Shown: positions 1 through 8,289 of the stretch, in pieces
How positions within the stretch are numbered: position 1 is the stretch's first letter
Layout: every line of letters begins with the position of its first letter
Assembly (NCBI GenBank): GCA_040225955.1
Contig: JBECUL010000036.1
Location: 1 to 22,026 of the forward strand
Reading direction: 5' to 3'
Source: Candidatus Asgardarchaeum abyssi
GTDB lineage: Archaea > Asgardarchaeota > Asgardarchaeia > Asgardarchaeales > Asgardarchaeaceae
DNA: 22,026 nt
Position numbers and translations under genes: made by a program
The notes under the pieces: model-generated
Told to the model about the DNA's origin: nothing
The model's database searches: none
The model's input: the letters and a program-made list of their open reading frames with translations, nothing else

Positions 1-210
1 TCTCCGTCTCATTATTAATCGCCAAGAAAATAATCATCCACGGGCCACTTATCTTTTGCGCCTAATTAGAAAGTTACAAAATAGTTATAGTTTAATATCA
101 CTATATTTTTAAATAAATATGTCTTTGAATAAATCTAAAAAAATAAATTACCAATATGTAGAAAAACATGCTCGTATTACTTACAAAATAAACCAATTAA
201 AGGTGTCACT

Positions 211-1635
211 ATGAAGGAAGAGCTCTTAAAGATTGTTGAACAAGGTATTAAATTAGGAGCAACATTTGTTGATTTACGTTTTCAAACAGTAAATAAAACA
301 ATTCTTAAAGTTAGTAATAATAAGATTGAGGTAAGCAATGTAGGTACGGAACAGGGAATTGGCATCAGAGTGTTTGTAAATGGCGCAGTAGGATTTGCTA
401 CATCTAGTTCTTTAGATGAGGAATCTATATCCTCGGCTCTTAATTCTGCCTATAAAATGGCTAAAGCTAGCAGTGAATCTATAAAAATGCGCGTTAACCT
501 AGCTGACACCAAGATTCAAGAAGATACTGTTAAAGCAAAGTTAGATATTGACCCAAGAAACATATCAGTTGGCGAAAAAATATCTAACATTATGCAAATC
601 AATACCTTATTACTTAAAAGTTCAGAGTACATTAGAAACAGTACTGTTGAATATGCTGATCTTGTAATTAACCAAATTTATGTTTCAAGTGAAGGTACAT
701 ATATAGATCAAGAGAAGGTTTATGTGTGGACAAAAGTTGTAGCTACTGCTAGACGAAATGATATTTACGCATCAGCAAGATACGAATTTGGATCACCAAA
801 AGGCTATGGCATATGGAATGTTGAAACACCAGAAAAAATTAGTGAAGTTATGAAAAATCGTTTGCTTAAACAACTCGAAGCTAAAACACCAAAGGCTGGA
901 TTATTCCCTGCTGTCCTAGCTCCTGAAGTAGTTGGTGTATTTACACATGAGGCATTTGGCCACTTGGCAGAGGCTGATCTAACATTTAGTGGTGCTATCA
1001 CCTTAAATAGATTAGGGCAGAAAATAGCGTCTCCTCTTGTAAACATATATGATGATGGTACGTTAGAAGGAGGTTTTGGTAGTTTTAAATATGATGACGA
1101 GGGTGTGCCTGCACAGAAAACGTTACTTGTTAAAGAAGGGAAAATTATAAGTCTCTTATATGATAGATATCATGCATCCTTAGCCAAAGTAATGCTCGAG
1201 AGAATGGGTACCTTAACAAATGAATTTAATACGGAACCCACAGGAAATGCAAGGGCTGAAAGTTATCGTTTTGCTCCAATAATCCGTATGAGAAATACAT
1301 ACATTGCTCCTAGGGATTGGACAAAAGAAGAACTATTTGAGGATATAAAATTTGGTTATTATCTAGTATCGTTTAGAGGGGGGCAGGCGAATCTAGACGG
1401 AACATTTCAAGTTGGTATTCAAGAAGGCTACGAAATAATAAATGGTGAAATTGGAGCGCCGGTTAGGAATTTATCAATAAGCGGAAATACATTAGAGACT
1501 CTTCTTTCAATAGATGGTATAGCAAATGATCTAGCATTTGAGTCTGGTAGGTGCGGTAAAGGTCAAACTGCATTTGTAGGTAGTGGGGGGCCACATATAA
1601 GAGTAAAGAAAATAGTAATAGGGGGCCGTGAATGA
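211..1635 (+). CDS. tldD: TldD family metalloprotease (catalytic subunit)
   Basis: HEAFGHLAEAD (HExxxH metal motif), DDEGVPA, TGNARAESY, RMRNTY, C-terminal CGKGQ...GGPH; ATGA overlap with the downstream paralogue. Confidence 0.95.
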   Translation: MKEELLKIVEQGIKLGATFVDLRFQTVNKTILKVSNNKIEVSNVGTEQGIGIRVFVNGAVGFATSSSLDEESISSALNSAYKMAKASSESIKMRVNLADTKIQEDTVKAKLDIDPRNISVGEKISNIMQINTLLLKSSEYIRNSTVEYADLVINQIYVSSEGTYIDQEKVYVWTKVVATARRNDIYASARYEFGSPKGYGIWNVETPEKISEVMKNRLLKQLEAKTPKAGLFPAVLAPEVVGVFTHEAFGHLAEADLTFSGAITLNRLGQKIASPLVNIYDDGTLEGGFGSFKYDDEGVPAQKTLLVKEGKIISLLYDRYHASLAKVMLERMGTLTNEFNTEPTGNARAESYRFAPIIRMRNTYIAPRDWTKEELFEDIKFGYYLVSFRGGQANLDGTFQVGIQEGYEIINGEIGAPVRNLSISGNTLETLLSIDGIANDLAFESGRCGKGQTAFVGSGGPHIRVKKIVIGGRE

Positions 1636-3005
1636 TGGAACATATAGAAGAGTTATGTAGATATGCAATAAATAGTGCTTTACAATTGGGAGCAGATGAA
1701 GTAGAAGTATATGCCCAAGATGAAATTGAAATGTCCTTATCGATCAAAAGAAATGAGATTAGAGAGACTCAATTTTTCTCAGATAGAGGATTAGGTATTC
1801 GCGTCGTCGTTGGGAAAAGATTGGGATTTGCGTATACAAATGACTTAAGAAGAGAAAAAATTGAAGAAACTGCAAAAAACGCAATATCCCTAGCTAGAGC
1901 AAGAAAACCAGATAACGATTGGGCTGGTTTTCCTGTTTCTAAAAAATATCCAAATGTAGAGGGGCTTTATGATAAGCGTATAGAGTCTATTGATGCGAAT
2001 GATGTTATAGAAGTAGCAAGGGCCCTTTTGGATTCAGCGCTTGATTATGATCCCCGTATAGTGTTTGCTATGGGCGGAGTTGGTGTTGATAGAGTAAAAA
2101 GATTCATTTTCAATACTAATGGAATAAGTGCTATCGATAAGGGTACATTCGCATTTCTCTATAGTGGCCTTATTGCTCGTGAGGGTGAAAATGTTTCACC
2201 TTTGTCCATAGAGCTTGATGTTTCTAGAAGCTTTAAATTAAATCCAACAGAAGTAAGTCAAGCTTGCGCTGAAAGGGCTGTTAAATCCTTAAACGCAAAG
2301 AAAATAAAATCTGGAAAGTACGATGTTATTTTCACCCAATACGCATTTTCTCAAATTCTAGAGTATACATTGGTTGAAGCAATAAAAGCGGATAATGTTC
2401 AAAATAATAGGAGTCCATTGATAGGAAAGATAAATCAAATGATATTAAATGAAAGGCTAACAATTATTGACGATGGAACGTATGCTGGCGGTTTTTCTTC
2501 GGGAAAGTTTGATGATGAGGGCGTTCCATCACAAAGAACTGTGATATTCGAAAAAGGGGTCTTAAAAAGTTACTTATATGATAATTATACTGCTAAGAAA
2601 TTTAATAAAGAAAGCACTGGGAATGGACTAAGAAAAGGTAGCAGCATTGGTGCATCGATAGCTTACACACTTACACCATCTATACATAAAACGAATTTAA
2701 TAATAGCTCCTGGCAAAGCATCTCCAGATGAGCTGATTAGTGAGATAAAAGAAGGAATTATAGTTTGGAATGTTCAAGGGGCTCATTCTAGTAATCCATC
2801 AACTGGTGAGTTTAGTGTGGCTGCTGCTCCAGCATGGAAGATAGAAAATGGCGAAATAGCATACCCTGTTAAAGGTGCATTGGTTTCTGATACAATATTT
2901 TCTATGCTATCAAGAGATTTGATTATTGCTAATAACTTAAAAATGGATATTGGGTACATTCTTCCGTGGATACTCGCCAGAAATGTTCCAGTTGCATGTC
3001 AATAA
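1632..3005 (+). CDS. pmbA: PmbA/TldE family protein (non-catalytic partner of TldD)
   Basis: GADEVEVY, GLGIRV, FDDEGVPS, STGNG, GAHSSNPSTGEFS; lacks HExxxH; directly coupled to tldD. Confidence 0.92.
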   Translation: MMEHIEELCRYAINSALQLGADEVEVYAQDEIEMSLSIKRNEIRETQFFSDRGLGIRVVVGKRLGFAYTNDLRREKIEETAKNAISLARARKPDNDWAGFPVSKKYPNVEGLYDKRIESIDANDVIEVARALLDSALDYDPRIVFAMGGVGVDRVKRFIFNTNGISAIDKGTFAFLYSGLIAREGENVSPLSIELDVSRSFKLNPTEVSQACAERAVKSLNAKKIKSGKYDVIFTQYAFSQILEYTLVEAIKADNVQNNRSPLIGKINQMILNERLTIIDDGTYAGGFSSGKFDDEGVPSQRTVIFEKGVLKSYLYDNYTAKKFNKESTGNGLRKGSSIGASIAYTLTPSIHKTNLIIAPGKASPDELISEIKEGIIVWNVQGAHSSNPSTGEFSVAAAPAWKIENGEIAYPVKGALVSDTIFSMLSRDLIIANNLKMDIGYILPWILARNVPVACQ

Positions 3006-3062
3006 TGAATCATCAAATCACAAACTATATTACTCTTTAAATTTCCTTTTATTATGATAGAA

Positions 3063-4088
3063 ATGGGTGTAAATCTACGACCTTTAGTTCGAGTTACTAA
3101 AAAGATAAAGTTTGAACATTTAACTGGGAAGAGGATAACTATAGATGCTAACAATACACTCTATCAATTTCTTGCACTTATTAGAATGCCAAATGGTAAA
3201 CCTTTTACTGACCCTGAAGGTAATATTACATCCCATCTTATAGGCCTTTTTTACAGAACAACCAAACTCATTTCAGATTACGGTGTTCTTCCTATTTTTA
3301 TCTTCGATGGTAAGCCGCCGAGGTTCAAACAAAAGGAGCTTGAGGAAAGAAAACTAATCCGGACTAAGTTGAAGCAAGAATATATAGAGGCAATTAGGAG
3401 AGGTGATCTGAGAACTGCGTGGTCAAAGGCCGTAAGAATGGATTCTCTTTCAAGGAGAATGATTGATGATGCAAAAAGATTGTTGACCTTAATGGGGGTT
3501 CCTATAATTCAAGCTCCTAGTGAAGGAGAGGCTCAAGCTGCATATATGGTAATGGTAAATGATGCATGGGCCTGCTCAACGCAAGATTATGATGTTTTAC
3601 TTTTTGGAGCACCACGCATAGTTCGAAACTTAACATTTACTGGAAAACGCTTCTACAGGAGTAAGGGTATAGCTGTACCATTAAAGCCCGAATTGATAAT
3701 ACTTGATGATTTGCTAAATGATTTAAAAATAACTAGAAAGCAGCTTATTGAAATAGCTTTCCTAATAGGAACAGATTATAATGAGGGAATTAAAGGTATT
3801 GGGCCTAAGAAAGCATATGAGTTGATTAAAAAATATGGTGATATAGAAGCACTACCTACTAAGTATAAAATGAAATTGGATGAAAATTATGATAAAATTA
3901 TTTCTTTCTTTGCTAATCCGCCAGTCACAAAAGATTATAAGATTTCATTTAGAAATATTGATGAGGAAGGATTAATTGAATTCCTCTGTGATGAGAAAGG
4001 TTTTGATGAAGAGAGAGTAAAAGATACCATTAAAAGGCTCAAAAAAGGGCTTATGAGGGGGATACAGACATCCTTAGCCGATTTTTAG
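3063..4088 (+). CDS. fen: Flap endonuclease-1
   Basis: MGVNL N-terminus (ATG 3063 preferred over 3054), IDANNTLYQFL, FDGKPP, APSEGEAQAA, QDYD, GTDYNEGIKGIGPKKA (H3TH), C-terminal PIP box QTSLADF. Confidence 0.97.
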   Translation: MGVNLRPLVRVTKKIKFEHLTGKRITIDANNTLYQFLALIRMPNGKPFTDPEGNITSHLIGLFYRTTKLISDYGVLPIFIFDGKPPRFKQKELEERKLIRTKLKQEYIEAIRRGDLRTAWSKAVRMDSLSRRMIDDAKRLLTLMGVPIIQAPSEGEAQAAYMVMVNDAWACSTQDYDVLLFGAPRIVRNLTFTGKRFYRSKGIAVPLKPELIILDDLLNDLKITRKQLIEIAFLIGTDYNEGIKGIGPKKAYELIKKYGDIEALPTKYKMKLDENYDKIISFFANPPVTKDYKISFRNIDEEGLIEFLCDEKGFDEERVKDTIKRLKKGLMRGIQTSLADF

Positions 4089-4100
4089 GAGAAAATGTAT

Positions 4101-5251
4101 GTGAAATTTTAATTGGAACATCTGGTTGGTCTTATAAAGATTGGATTGGTATCCTCTACGAAACTGAAGATAACATGCTTGAACAGTATTGGAACGTATT
4201 TAAGACCACTGAAATAAATTCAACATTTTATGAATACCCGAGCCCATCTTTTATCCAATATATTGCAAGAAGAAGTCCTAAAGATATGATTTTTTCAGCA
4301 AAAGTGCATAAAGATATAACACATAAGAAGATGCTCAAAACTAACCTTGCTGTAGATCGAGAACTAAATAAATATTTGGAGCTAATGAAACCTTTAATTG
4401 AATCAAATAAATTAGGTGTGTTGCTTATTCAACTTCCTCCATACCCTCCAAAGAAATTTCCTACTATAGAGGAATTCCTTAATTTACTTCCAACAAATTT
4501 AAAGTGGGCCATGGAGTTTAGGCATGAGGATTGGCTCAGTGAGGAGTATTTTAAACTTCTTGAAAAATATAATGTTGGTTATGTAATTGTTGATGAGCCT
4601 TTACTTCCTCCTGTTTTGAGGATTACAACCAATTTTGCGTATATTCGCTGGCATGGTCATGGAAAACAACCTTGGTATTACTACTTATATTCGGAAGGTG
4701 AACTAAAGAATTGGATTCCAAAACTTCGTGAACTTGAAAAGCAAGCAGATATTATATATGGGTACTTTAATAATCATTTCAATGGATACGCAGTTATTAA
4801 CGCGCTTCAAATGTTACGTTTACTCGGTATAGCAAACTCTAAGCAATTGGAGAAATTGACTGTAATCGAAGAAAAGCTTAGGAGGCCTACGCTAATTAAA
4901 AAGCTTCCAAAGGAGTATCGTAATAAAGCTTTAACACTAGTCGAACGATTTTTGCTTATGCTTACTGAACCAAAACGTTTTGAGCGAGGGAAAAAAATAG
5001 ATAGTAAAGAAGTTTTAATATTAAGAGCCGATAAAGAAATTATAGAGGGCCGAATCAAAAACTATTTCTTTAAGATAGACTCAAACTTGAAAGAAATACA
5101 TCACAACTGTGATGATTGGCTGAAACAAGTATCTAAGAAGAGATTTTGTAAACACATGGTCAAGGTATTTCTAAGCCTTCCGCCTGATATTTCCGAAAAA
5201 GTACTTAGTGATATAGTTAAAAACTACGAAGAATGGAAATTCAAAGCCTAG
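4101..5251 (+). CDS. DUF72-family TIM-barrel protein with C-terminal SWIM-like zinc finger; true start unresolved (first in-frame ATG 4175)
   Basis: IGTSGWSYKDW (4112-4144, in frame upstream of ATG 4175), EINSTFY, QLPP, EFRH, YIRWHG, YFNNH; C-terminal HNCDDW...FCKH. Confidence 0.85.
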
Positions 5252-5266
5252 AGGATAGTGAACAGT

Positions 5267-5614
5267 ATGCCAAAGAAAGAACGCGAATGGGTGGTGGGAA
5301 TACTATTCTTACAAATCCCGGAAGTGAAAGAGAAGAGAATAACTAAAAACAGAGTTTTAAAGCTCTTAAAAGGAGTAGAAACGGCAGATATAAAATTTCT
5401 AATTGCAATAAAACCAGATATTATTATTTTCATAAAACAAAAAGGAGTTCCTAATAAGGAAGTGAGACGATTGGCAGATGTTGCATTAAAAACGGAATAC
5501 AGAGGCATTAATAGCTATGTTTTTTCATATATTACTATAAAAAAAGCATATAAGGCAGCTAAAGACATTCACTATAAACTAATAAGTAAAAGAGCTGGTA
5601 TAAATAAAAAATAA
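5267..5614 (+). CDS. Small basic hypothetical protein
   Basis: Open frame immediately after the DUF72 gene on the same strand, GAGG upstream, GTG 5258 or ATG 5267 start; no family recognised. Confidence 0.65.
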   Translation: MPKKEREWVVGILFLQIPEVKEKRITKNRVLKLLKGVETADIKFLIAIKPDIIIFIKQKGVPNKEVRRLADVALKTEYRGINSYVFSYITIKKAYKAAKDIHYKLISKRAGINKK

Positions 5615-5641
5615 TATTGAACATGATAAGTATGTTTTTAA

Positions 5642-6136
5642 TTAACGCTTATATCCTATTTTTCTGAGGAATTCCTTTCTCTCTTTTATCTTATCTTCAT
5701 CTTCTACTCCTAAGGGTGTAAATCCGTCTACTACTCCTAAAACGCCTCTACCTTGTTCTGTTTTAGCAACTATTACTTGTACAGGATTTGCAGTTGCACA
5801 GAATATTCTAAGAATCTCTGGAGTGTTTCGTAGATAAGGCAATACATTGATAGGATAACCATTTTTCAAGAATACAACAAAAAAATGTCCAGCTCCAACC
5901 TTCTTAGCCGCTTCAATAGCCCTATCTATTAGTTCCTTATCGTTGCCATCAAATCGAATCAATCTATCTCCCGATGCCTCACAAAAAGCAATGCCAAACT
6001 TTATGTGTGGCGACGCATTGACAATAGCCTCATAAACATCTTCCACAGTTTTAATGAAATGTGACATACCTAAGATTATATTACATCCTTCTGGGACCTT
6101 TATATCAACTACATCGAATTCTACTTTTGCGCACAT
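5642..6136 (-). CDS. DUF355 adenosine-specific kinase family protein
   Basis: [62 protein letters not shown]; ATG 6136 follows GGAGGGTGG, so it is preferred over 6199. Confidence 0.9.
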   Translation of the reverse strand: MCAKVEFDVVDIKVPEGCNIILGMSHFIKTVEDVYEAIVNASPHIKFGIAFCEASGDRLIRFDGNDKELIDRAIEAAKKVGAGHFFVVFLKNGYPINVLPYLRNTPEILRIFCATANPVQVIVAKTEQGRGVLGVVDGFTPLGVEDEDKIKERKEFLRKIGYKR

Positions 6137-6255
6137 TGTACCACCCTCCAGTTGATAATTTAGGTTTTCGATCCTAATATTATCACAATAAATTATCAAT
6201 AAATTATCTCTAATAATTATTAAGATGAAATTTCAACTGTTAAGATATGCATAAC

Positions 6256-6263
6256 TTTAATAA
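6256..6263 (+). promoter_or_regulatory. Putative TATA box for the GC-rich RNA candidate
   Basis: TTTAATAA ending about 25 nt before the GC-rich block starting at 6289; weak evidence in an AT-rich genome. Confidence 0.35.
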
Positions 6264-6288
6264 TTATTTTTGAGTTATCAATCTTAAA

Positions 6289-6394
6289 GGGTAGTCCCGT
6301 GGTTGAGTAAGGGCAGAGATTTTCAATGAAGCTTCTTTTCCCCCACGGGGTACACCGATGCGGCGCCGGCTCTCGAGTCACCGGCGCCACAATC
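6289..6394 (+). ncRNA. Candidate structured small RNA, H/ACA-guide-like (two hairpins, each followed by ACA)
   Basis: About 60% GC (hand count) in an AT-rich spacer; CCCGTGG 6296-6302 pairs with CCACGGG 6343-6349, then ACA 6352-6354; GGCGCCGG 6362-6369 pairs with CCGGCGCC 6381-6388, then ACA 6389-6391. Confidence 0.55.
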
Positions 6395-6531
6395 TTCTAT
6401 AAACACAAAATAGATTAAGACCAATATTAATAATATTTTTTAGTTTTTAATAATAAGAGATTTTTTCTCTATTGCGCTAGTATAATAATCCTATGGAGAT
6501 ACATGACTTAGAATTGTCGTGTGGGTTTAAT

Positions 6532-6852
6532 ATGACTAAAATTAAGGTTGACCTTTTCACCTGCCCGGTCTGTATGAGTGTTATTGATTATCTAGAAGTG
6601 GATTTAGAAGAAACAGAAAAAGTTTTTTTGGAAACGGGAAAGCCAGTCCCTGTAATAGTTACATGTCCAAATGGGCATGCCCTGATAGTATATGTTTATA
6701 TAAATATTGAAAATAATAAAAAGAGAGCCTTGATTAGACAAGTCAAATCAGCCATCGCTGTGACGAGTTCAAGTAAAGAAAATACTGAAAAAGAAGAAAG
6801 CGAATCTAAGAACGCTCTATCTAAAGCAAAAAATTGGTTAGAAGGACTATAA
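6532..6852 (+). CDS. Small zinc-binding protein (CPVC...CPNGH), Asgard-type hypothetical
   Basis: CxxC and CxxxH motifs followed by the beta strand ALIVYVYI; ATG 6532 (or 6493); 15 nt upstream of the next gene's likely start. Confidence 0.75.
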   Translation: MTKIKVDLFTCPVCMSVIDYLEVDLEETEKVFLETGKPVPVIVTCPNGHALIVYVYINIENNKKRALIRQVKSAIAVTSSSKENTEKEESESKNALSKAKNWLEGL

Positions 6853-6867
6853 GTAGAGGTGAGATAC

Positions 6868-7263
6868 ATGACTATAAATAGTGTTCATATAATAAATAAG
6901 GAAGGGATCCCCATAATATCTATATCCTCTGGTAATGAGCCTATTGATCCAGAAGTGATGAGTGCTATCATTACAACTCTTAAAGCTTTAGCAGAAACCT
7001 CAAAGGTTTCTGGAGGAGAATTAGACAGTTTCACAATCGGTAATACTCAATTTTATGCGATAGATATTAAAAATAAAGAACTAACAATTGTAATTTCCGT
7101 TGAAAAGCCAACAAAAAGTGATTTTTCTAAGATTGATCAAATCAAAAATGTGGTAGTAATCGAAAATGACATGTCAAAAATTAAAGATAAAATAAATGAG
7201 ATTTTATATAAAGAAAGTTTGCTTGATAAAACTCGAAAATGGGCGGATGAAGTTTGGGGCTAA
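6868..7263 (+). CDS. Longin/roadblock-like domain protein
   Basis: SD GAGGTGA before ATG 6868; INSVHIINKEGIPII...IDPEVMSAIITTLKALA...LDSFTIG...LTIVI fits the beta-beta-alpha-beta-beta-beta pattern of Asgard longin-like domains. Confidence 0.65.
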   Translation: MTINSVHIINKEGIPIISISSGNEPIDPEVMSAIITTLKALAETSKVSGGELDSFTIGNTQFYAIDIKNKELTIVISVEKPTKSDFSKIDQIKNVVVIENDMSKIKDKINEILYKESLLDKTRKWADEVWG

Positions 7264-7360
7264 CATTGCTTGAAGGATAAAAATACACATAGATAAATTT
7301 ATTTTTGCTTAAGCTATCGTTATTCAAGTTCCGCATAGCACAAGGGTGGGTATTTTTGAA

Positions 7361-8278
7361 ATGACTATCTTTGAATTAGTTTTCCTTGGAACTGCTGGTT
7401 CTATCCCGACAGAAGATAGAAATCTAAGCGCTATTGCACTGAAAAGGAAAAGGGAAGTGTTTCTTTTTGATGCAGGTGAAGATGTTCAACGACGTTTTAT
7501 TAAGGCAAAACTCGGGCTTAACAGACCTTTAAGAATTTTTATTACTCACATGCACAGTGACCATATTAATGGTCTACATGGTTTATTGTCAAGATTTGCG
7601 ATGGAGGACAGGAGTGAGAAAGTTGAAATTTATGGGCCTCCTGGAATACAAAAATACCTTACGTGTATATTAAATGTCGAAGATATATCAGAGAATTCAT
7701 ATACGCTAGAAATATATGAATTCGAAAAAGAGCAATGCCTTGTAGAAACAGATGAGTATTCAATTTTTGCGATAAAGGTAAATCATAATATCCCTTATGC
7801 TTTTGGGTATATATTCTTAGAAAAACCTCTCCCAGGGAAGTTTCACCCTGAGAAGGCGGAAGAACTTGGTATACCTAAGGGTCCGTTATGGAAAAAATTG
7901 CAGACTGGAGAAACTATAGAAATCAATGGTAAAATTATCCGACCTACTGATGTAATGGACCCTCCTAGACCAGGAGTAAAAATAGTAATAAGTGGTGATA
8001 CCACCTATTCTGAAAATTTAATTACTCATGCTAAGAATGCTGATTTTCTAATTCATGAGGCAATGTATACACATGACCTTGAATATGAAGCCATACTTAG
8101 GGGACATTCAACAGCAAAACAAGCAGCTCTAATTGCAAAGAGAGCTAACGTTAAAATGCTGATATTAACACATATTAGTGCACGTTATAAGGATCCCTCA
8201 AAATTAGAAGAAGAAGCAAAAGCTATATTTCCTAATACGATAGTTGCTTATGATTTGCTCAGGATAAAAATAAGATAA
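7361..8278 (+). CDS. rnz: Ribonuclease Z (tRNA 3' processing)
   Basis: FLGTAGSIP, LFDAGE, THMHSDH (HxHxDH), flexible arm GIPKGPLW, SGDT, HEA, GHST, LTHISARY; start ATG 7361 or GTG 7346. Confidence 0.95.
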   Translation: MTIFELVFLGTAGSIPTEDRNLSAIALKRKREVFLFDAGEDVQRRFIKAKLGLNRPLRIFITHMHSDHINGLHGLLSRFAMEDRSEKVEIYGPPGIQKYLTCILNVEDISENSYTLEIYEFEKEQCLVETDEYSIFAIKVNHNIPYAFGYIFLEKPLPGKFHPEKAEELGIPKGPLWKKLQTGETIEINGKIIRPTDVMDPPRPGVKIVISGDTTYSENLITHAKNADFLIHEAMYTHDLEYEAILRGHSTAKQAALIAKRANVKMLILTHISARYKDPSKLEEEAKAIFPNTIVAYDLLRIKIR

Positions 8279-8289
8279 TCATAAAATTT

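Noticed and set aside
1-60. Possible minus-strand gene start or C/D-box-like RNA at the window edge; CCACTTATC also recurs at the far end of the window
   Set aside because: Truncated by the window, box matches are degenerate, and a single 9-mer match is expected by chance
211-3005. TldD/PmbA as the maturation protease for the acidic peptide (RiPP system)
   Set aside because: More than 8 kb away, no modification enzymes nearby, and tldD/pmbA are widespread housekeeping genes in archaea
6289-6394. GC-rich element as tRNA, 5S rRNA, SRP/RNase P RNA or SECIS
   Set aside because: No cloverleaf (CTCGAGT and GCCA resemble a T-loop and CCA end, but the stems do not fit); no 5S, SRP or RNase P consensus; it lies between divergent genes rather than in a 3' UTR
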